A stretch of 64,000 nucleotides of DNA from positions 35,360,658-35,424,657 of the forward strand of contig NC_068991.1 of NCBI RefSeq assembly GCF_001194135.2. Reading direction: 5' to 3'. This DNA comes from Octopus bimaculoides (Eukaryota). The translations under genes were made by a program, and so were the position numbers. Positions 62,501 to 64,000 of the stretch are shown in pieces. Every line of letters starts with the position of its first letter. Position 1 is the stretch's first letter. The notes below the pieces were generated by a model. That model was given only the letters and a program-made list of their open reading frames with translations, was not told the DNA's origin and searched no databases.

Positions 62501-63213
62501 AAGCAAGCAAACCAGCGAAGATTGTGGCTTGTTGATTTTTGTTGTTGTCACTTAAAGCATGCAGNNNNNNNNNNNNNNNNNNNNNNNNNNNNNNNNNNNN
62601 NNNNNNNNNNNNNNNNNNNNNNNNNNNNNNNNNNNNNNNNNNNNNNNNCTTTGAGGTCAAAATTTCCATTTTTGAACTTGGCATACCAACCACGAGCGGT
62701 TCCTTCAGCTATGGCACCCTCTCCATACACAGCACAAATGTTGTGAGCAGCTCTTGCGGCCTTAGAACCTTGATTAAAAGCAAAAAGAAGGAGGTGTTGA
62801 AAATGCTCGTTTTTCTTAACTTGACATTCCAAAATAAACAAAAATTAACTAAATTAACTAGAAAAAATAAAGATTCCAAAATGATTCAAAAATAGAATTC
62901 TCTAGAAAAATAGATTCCAAAATTTAAAAACGCAATAAATTCCAAAATTTTAAAAAACGGCAGGAACTTAGTTGCCAACCCAATATTTCCTTGAATCATA
63001 AAATAAATTATGTACATGCATTGAATTTCTTTGTTCACCTAGTGAAACCTGTTCCCCCGAAAACACTAAATGAAGCTGGAAGCATGGCTATATGTAATAG
63101 TGCTGCTTGGGATGCCAAAGTCATCACAAGTGCTTGGTGGGTGTACCATGACCAAGTTTCAAAGACTGCACCTACTGGAGAATACCTTACAACGGGTAGT
63201 TTTATGATTAGAG
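3596..63213 (+). CDS. NEMF: NEMF / Rqc2 orthologue (ribosome quality control subunit), multi-exon gene, 3' part outside window
   Basis: 20 exons join in frame (1816 nt). Translation follows the NEMF family from MKGRFSTID through [42 protein letters not shown] to [19 protein letters not shown]. In-frame TAA at 3572-3574 precedes the ATG. Family assignment is from recalled homology, not a database search. Confidence 0.96.
3778..3848. repeat. Perfect palindrome, 35-bp arms, 1-nt spacer
   Basis: CCGATTAATTAATTACGGCAAAAATAATCGTAACT-G-AGTTACGATTATTTTTGCCGTAATTAATTAATCGG. Confidence 0.95.
4227..4400. mobile_element. pogo/Tc2-like DNA transposon terminal fragment
   Basis: CCGTATTTACTCGTGTATAAGTCGCAC end with internal repeat CTCGAGTATAAG near 4311; family from recalled terminal motif only. 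Confidence 0.4.
4623..5000 (+). mobile_element. tRNA-derived SINE, family A (other copies ~10265-10652, 14813-15196, 16249-16626, 32554-32957, 58205-58375, 58423-58823; fragments 11320-11430, 13580-13800, 23245-23345, 45293-45438(-), 52320-52420(-), 60700-60905)
   Basis: A-box-like TGGCTGTGTGG, B-box-like GGTTCAGTCCC, CORE-like CCTTGGGCAAGTGTCTT, internal TA/TG microsatellite, shared 3' end ...CAGCATGGCCGCAGTCAAATGACTGAAAC. Confidence 0.85.
6211..6252 (+). ncRNA. Degenerate minimal type-I hammerhead-like motif (Penelope-type), probably inactive
   Basis: CAC-CTGAAGA-A-GGCTG-(10 nt)-CTGCT-GAAAC-ACA-GTG; stem I CAC/GTG in the correct register. Confidence 0.45.
6315..6960 (-). mobile_element. 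5'-truncated RTE LINE 3' end with expanded internal minisatellite
   Basis: Shared 3'UTR (GGAAGGGCATCCAG...CATGCCAGCATGG...GAT tail); RTE ORF C-terminus at 6880-6960. Confidence 0.75.
6490..6870. repeat. Minisatellite, ~9 units of 37-46 bp (TGCCATTTACATGGCAC...)
   Basis: Repeated TGCCATTTACATG core. Confidence 0.9.
7765..8670 (+). mobile_element. Two tandem RTE LINE 3' fragments (ORF C-terminus 8040-8465 + 3'UTR/(GAT)n tail)
   Basis: Degenerate [23 protein letters not shown]...[15 protein letters not shown]...PRKTWDEVV; (GAT)n tails. Confidence 0.85.
8712..9877 (-). mobile_element. Tc1-family IR/DR element, non-autonomous, 203-bp TIRs, TA target-site duplication
   Basis: TIRs 8712-8914 and 9675-9877 (CAGTGGGGGGAAAT...); TA at 8710-11 and 9878-79; transposase [11 protein letters not shown]...STISS|[11 protein letters not shown]...[10 protein letters not shown]...IENLW. 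Confidence 0.93.
11677..12210 (+). mobile_element. DD37D (maT) transposon relic
   Basis: TA-CAGGGTG end; WQQDSAPCH...[11 protein letters not shown](D) with 37 residues between the catalytic Asps after restoring one frameshift and reading through one TGA. Confidence 0.8.
12215..12690 (-). mobile_element. RTE LINE ORF fragment (contains gap)
   Basis: [13 protein letters not shown]...IAWAKFR...LLVTKGLSL...[10 protein letters not shown]. Confidence 0.85.
12880..13570 (+). repeat. Unclassified interspersed repeat; opposite-orientation copy at ~60050-60690
   Basis: Parallel ORF-track translations [14 protein letters not shown]... at 12893(+) and 60675(-). Confidence 0.8.
14122..14420 (+). mobile_element. 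tRNA-derived SINE family C with CORE-like domain (others ~31125-31260, 45540-45730(-), 46615-46870(-))
   Basis: TGGCTTAGTGGTTAG head; TTGAGCAAG...TTTCACATTGCTCC; GGAGTGCTCAGCCACTTGCACGTTAATTTCAC. Confidence 0.7.
15312..15549. repeat. Foldback element, ~110-bp arms, 11-nt loop (15426-15436)
   Basis: Near-identical translations on both strands; arms align with few mismatches; single-arm relative at ~59000-59082. Confidence 0.92.
15639..15707 (+). CDS. NEMF: NEMF exon 2 ([22 protein letters not shown])
   Basis: Polypyrimidine tract + CAG acceptor; donor GTGAGT at 15708; 69 nt. Confidence 0.95.
15779..15868. repeat. 28-bp tandem repeat, 3 perfect copies
   Basis: ATATATTTTTACCTCAATATGAAATTTT x3. 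Confidence 0.95.
17466..17568 (+). CDS. NEMF: NEMF exon 3 ([34 protein letters not shown])
   Basis: TAG acceptor; GT donor at 17569; 103 nt. Confidence 0.95.
17669..17878. mobile_element. piggyBac-type MITE with TTAA TSD (truncated second copy ~26874-27075)
   Basis: TTAA-TCCTTTAGCATT...AATACTAAAGGA-TTAA; second copy begins TTAA-CCCTTTAGCATT. Confidence 0.7.
18290..18620 (+). mobile_element. CR1/L2-group LINE reverse-transcriptase C-terminal fragment
   Basis: RLAFL...[21 protein letters not shown] resembles the L-Y-xx-VRPxLEYCSHIW motif. Confidence 0.6.
19090..20115 (-). mobile_element. Degenerate mariner (irritans/Hsmar2-like) transposase
   Basis: [23 protein letters not shown]...[13 protein letters not shown]...[16 protein letters not shown]...AGKVML...LLQDKTPVH...NFHLFP; several frameshifts. 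Confidence 0.85.
21115..21240 (+). CDS. NEMF: NEMF exon 4 ([42 protein letters not shown])
   Basis: CAG acceptor; GTAAGG donor at 21241; 126 nt. Confidence 0.96.
21366..21511 (+). CDS. NEMF: NEMF exon 5 ([48 protein letters not shown])
   Basis: TAG acceptor; GTAAGG donor at 21512; 146 nt. Confidence 0.95.
21999..23119 (-). mobile_element. Mariner (cecropia/Hsmar1-like) with both TIRs and TA TSD, pseudogenised
   Basis: TIR TTAGGTYGTCAAGAAA at both ends; transposase ...WMPHEL...[10 protein letters not shown]...[12 protein letters not shown]...[11 protein letters not shown]...[21 protein letters not shown]...[15 protein letters not shown]. Confidence 0.93.
23928..24860 (-). mobile_element. Young 5'-truncated RTE LINE insertion (ORF C-terminus + 3'UTR, gap inside)
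   Basis: [20 protein letters not shown] at 24532-24600; CpG-retaining 3'UTR and (GAT)n tail at 23928-24258. Confidence 0.85.
24962..25116. repeat. Hairpin formed by two opposed RTE 3' tails (~65-bp arms, ~26-nt loop)
   Basis: CATCATCGTTTAAC...GACTGAGGATTGG / CCAGTCCTCAGTC...GTTAAATGATGATG. Confidence 0.9.
25177..25244 (+). CDS. NEMF: NEMF exon 6 ([22 protein letters not shown])
   Basis: TTTCAG acceptor; GTAATT donor at 25245; 68 nt; phases fit exons 5 and 7; LLKR motif. Confidence 0.88.
26179..26268 (+). CDS. NEMF: NEMF exon 7 ([29 protein letters not shown])
   Basis: CAG acceptor; GTGGGT donor at 26269; 90 nt. Confidence 0.93.
27084..27668. repeat. Long inverted repeat, ~190-bp arms, ~200-bp spacer
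   Basis: 27084-27274 vs reverse complement of 27473-27668: about five substitutions and two small indels; TA at both outer ends. Confidence 0.92.
27700..29280 (-). mobile_element. RTE LINE reverse transcriptase fragment (degenerate)
   Basis: [53 protein letters not shown] (YADD-like motif). Confidence 0.92.
30613..30686 (+). CDS. NEMF: NEMF exon 8 ([24 protein letters not shown])
   Basis: TAG acceptor; GT donor at 30687; 74 nt; phase consistent. Confidence 0.88.
31749..31816 (+). CDS. NEMF: NEMF exon 9 ([22 protein letters not shown])
   Basis: TTTCAG acceptor; GTAAGT donor at 31817; 68 nt. Confidence 0.93.
34730..35670 (+). mobile_element. Second DD37D (maT) relic
   Basis: [10 protein letters not shown]...[17 protein letters not shown]...[18 protein letters not shown]; right end CACCCTG-TA at 35662-35670. 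Confidence 0.75.
35990..36920 (-). mobile_element. Degenerate Tc1 (DD34E) transposase
   Basis: [37 protein letters not shown]; downstream [11 protein letters not shown]-like motif. Confidence 0.75.
37298..37373 (+). CDS. NEMF: NEMF exon 10 ([25 protein letters not shown])
   Basis: CAG acceptor; GT donor at 37374; 76 nt. Confidence 0.95.
38840..39870. mobile_element. Two opposed RTE ORF C-terminal fragments (38840-39060 minus; 39400-39870 plus)
   Basis: [16 protein letters not shown]..., RRHRYGYVM..., reverse-strand GHVM...[11 protein letters not shown]. Confidence 0.75.
40090..40152 (+). CDS. NEMF: NEMF exon 11 ([21 protein letters not shown])
   Basis: TAG acceptor; GTAATT donor; 63 nt. 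Confidence 0.95.
40354..40431 (+). CDS. NEMF: NEMF exon 12 ([26 protein letters not shown])
   Basis: CAG acceptor; GTATAT donor; 78 nt. Confidence 0.95.
41039..41229. mobile_element. Short MITE-like element with ~63-bp terminal inverted repeats
   Basis: AAAGACTATTTGCCAACATAATGTGGCAGTC... / ...GACTGCCACATTATGTTGGCAAATAGTCTTT; abuts gap. Confidence 0.75.
41470..42720 (-). mobile_element. Helitron RepHel N-terminal fragment (degenerate)
   Basis: Q/R/E-rich repeats, AFNYDP, C-x-x-KW-x-E...[44 protein letters not shown]. Confidence 0.88.
43424..43644. mobile_element. pogo/Tigger-like MITE
   Basis: CAGTAATCCCT...AGGGATTACTG termini; TA on the right side; embedded in TA microsatellite. Confidence 0.7.
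43958..44005 (+). CDS. NEMF: NEMF exon 13 ([16 protein letters not shown])
   Basis: TTTCAG acceptor; GTAAGT donor; 48 nt. Confidence 0.92.
44250..44568 (+). mobile_element. Young RTE ORF C-terminus running into a gap
   Basis: Open frame [44 protein letters not shown]...KTWQAK*; CpGs retained. Confidence 0.9.
45786..46357. repeat. Rearranged inverted duplication (A-B then inverted B-y-A)
   Basis: 45786-45894 matches reverse complement of 46134-46240; 45895-45991 matches reverse complement of 46261-46357. Confidence 0.85.
49698..49858 (+). CDS. NEMF: NEMF exon 14 ([53 protein letters not shown])
   Basis: TAG acceptor; GTGAGT donor; 161 nt. Confidence 0.96.
51034..51132 (+). CDS. NEMF: NEMF exon 15 ([32 protein letters not shown])
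   Basis: CAG acceptor; GTCAGT donor; 99 nt. Confidence 0.93.
51600..52320. repeat. Degenerate TG/TA low-complexity tract (similar tract ~33680-34130)
   Basis: Mixed (TG)/(TA)/(TATG) arrays producing spurious Cys/Val/His/Thr ORFs. Confidence 0.85.
52005..52040 (+). ncRNA. Degenerate minimal hammerhead-like motif with non-canonical core
   Basis: CTTT-CTGTGGA-A-GAGT-GTAG-GCTT-GAAAC-TTT-AAAG. Confidence 0.35.
52433..53034. mobile_element. piggyBac-type MITE, 602 bp, TTAA TSD
   Basis: TTAA-CTCTTCGTGGGCAGCAGGGT...ACCCTGCTGGCCCACGAAGGG-TTAA; internal 20-bp palindrome 52611-52630. Confidence 0.85.
54863..54926 (+). CDS. NEMF: NEMF exon 16 ([21 protein letters not shown])
   Basis: AAG acceptor; GTAAGA donor; 64 nt. 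Confidence 0.93.
56001..56089 (+). CDS. NEMF: NEMF exon 17 ([30 protein letters not shown])
   Basis: TAG acceptor; GTAAGT donor; 89 nt. Confidence 0.95.
57300..57403 (+). CDS. NEMF: NEMF exon 18 ([34 protein letters not shown]; NFACT-R domain)
   Basis: AAG acceptor; GTTTGT donor; 104 nt. Confidence 0.96.
57873..57935 (+). CDS. NEMF: NEMF exon 19 ([20 protein letters not shown])
   Basis: TAG acceptor; GTATAA donor; 63 nt. Confidence 0.96.
59135..59817. mobile_element. Inverted pair of young RTE 3' ends separated by a gap and a TA microsatellite
   Basis: Same [20 protein letters not shown] pseudo-ORF on both strands. Confidence 0.85.
61075..61247 (-). mobile_element. Young RTE 3' tail
   Basis: About 155 bp identical to 23940-24094. 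Confidence 0.88.
61804..62983 (-). mobile_element. DD34D mariner with both TIRs and TA TSD (gap inside, pseudogenised)
   Basis: TIR TTGGGTTGGCAACTAAGTTCC at both ends; [14 protein letters not shown]...; CVWWDWEG...LQDNAHPH...[14 protein letters not shown], 34 residues between the Asps. Confidence 0.93.
63043..63213 (+). CDS. NEMF: NEMF exon 20 ([56 protein letters not shown])
   Basis: TAG acceptor; GTGAGT donor at 63214; 171 nt. Confidence 0.96.
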
Positions 63214-64000
63214 GTGAGTAAATGTTTACAAATGAAATTTTCATGTTTTTACTTGTTAAAGTACATGAGAGTCAATGATTAAAGGTTAGTGGATACAAAT
63301 TTTTCTTTATCACACAACAATTCTCTGAGATGGTGATAAAATTGATTGATTTGATCCCTTAATTTATCAAATTTGAACACTTTGAAAATAAATAAACCAA
63401 AACATTTCTATGGCAAGGCACTATTGCCCATTTTGCTTCAGTTTTATATGTAAGTTGTCTGTTGGAAAATCTTGATCAACTGAGATTATCCAAGTAATTA
63501 GTAGAGAAAAAATCTCTCCGGGCATGGAGGTGGTTTAATTGCTGAAATTAAACAAGATTATTTCAATCTGCAAAGTCTGTGTTGACCCTCTAATTTCCAT
63601 CAAATCTTATTTTGAAATTATCTCCCTTGTTTATATTAAAAAATAGATTAAAAAAATCTTAGGAGTTTTTATTTATTAGTTGCTTGGGTAATCTTGTTTG
63701 ATTAAAGTATGTCAATTCATTATATTATCTCTCACATTAGTGTTAGAATACAGAATACTGCTTCAGGTATTTTTTACCCCTTAGTCATATTGATACAACC
63801 TATCTGTTTTAACACTGACTTTATCACTTTTACAATAGAATTGTTCCTCAACCAAACCAATATTTCTTTTCATCTTCAAGAGATCATAAGGTAGTACAAA
63901 GGTTGATTCTACCAATAATATCATTTCCTATACAGTATTAGCCTCATGCCCAGGGAAAAGAAATTGGATTTGTTTTATAAATTTTGGATGTTGTTAGACT

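Larger units (their letters stand above)
12427..62648. other. Assembly gaps: 12427-12551, 24259-24531, 41230-41276, 44569-45141, 47934-48085, 59365-59489, 62565-62648
   Basis: Runs of N; most fall inside young repeats. Confidence 0.99.

Noticed and set aside
63043-63047. Val-Lys instead of the usual Gly-Glu/Gln at the exon 19/20 junction, suggesting an alternative acceptor
   Set aside because: No other AG nearby; phase is consistent; most likely a simple substitution.

Overview
AT-rich, repeat-dense animal genomic DNA with 7 assembly gaps. The repeat content (RTE LINE 3' ends with (GAT)n tails, tRNA-derived SINEs, long TA/CA/GA microsatellites) suggests an octopus genome; this is an inference. 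One protein-coding gene is supported: NEMF (Rqc2/Tae2/Caliban orthologue, ribosome quality control), + strand. I reconstructed 20 coding exons from ATG 3596 to 63213. All have GT-AG borders and consistent phases, total 1816 nt (605 codons + 1 nt), and the gene continues beyond the window. Nearly all other ORFs in the track are spurious or transposon relics. The introns carry a Buster-type hAT relic, an IR/DR Tc1 element with intact 203-bp TIRs and an internally deleted transposase, three different mariners (one closely resembling Hsmar1/SETMAR), two DD37D (maT) relics, a DD34E Tc1 fragment, a Helitron RepHel N-terminal fragment, piggyBac- and pogo-type MITEs, RTE and CR1-group LINE fragments, and several SINE families. 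The most interesting unexplained signals are: (i) eroded minimal hammerhead-ribozyme folds on the NEMF sense strand, together with Penelope-like inverted-end repeats; (ii) several long near-perfect hairpins, some within ~60-130 nt of exons, including a perfect 71-bp palindrome after exon 1; (iii) a circularly permuted inverted duplication at 45.8-46.4 kb; (iv) a CpG-retaining island in intron 13. No novel system can be proven from sequence alone; these are candidates.
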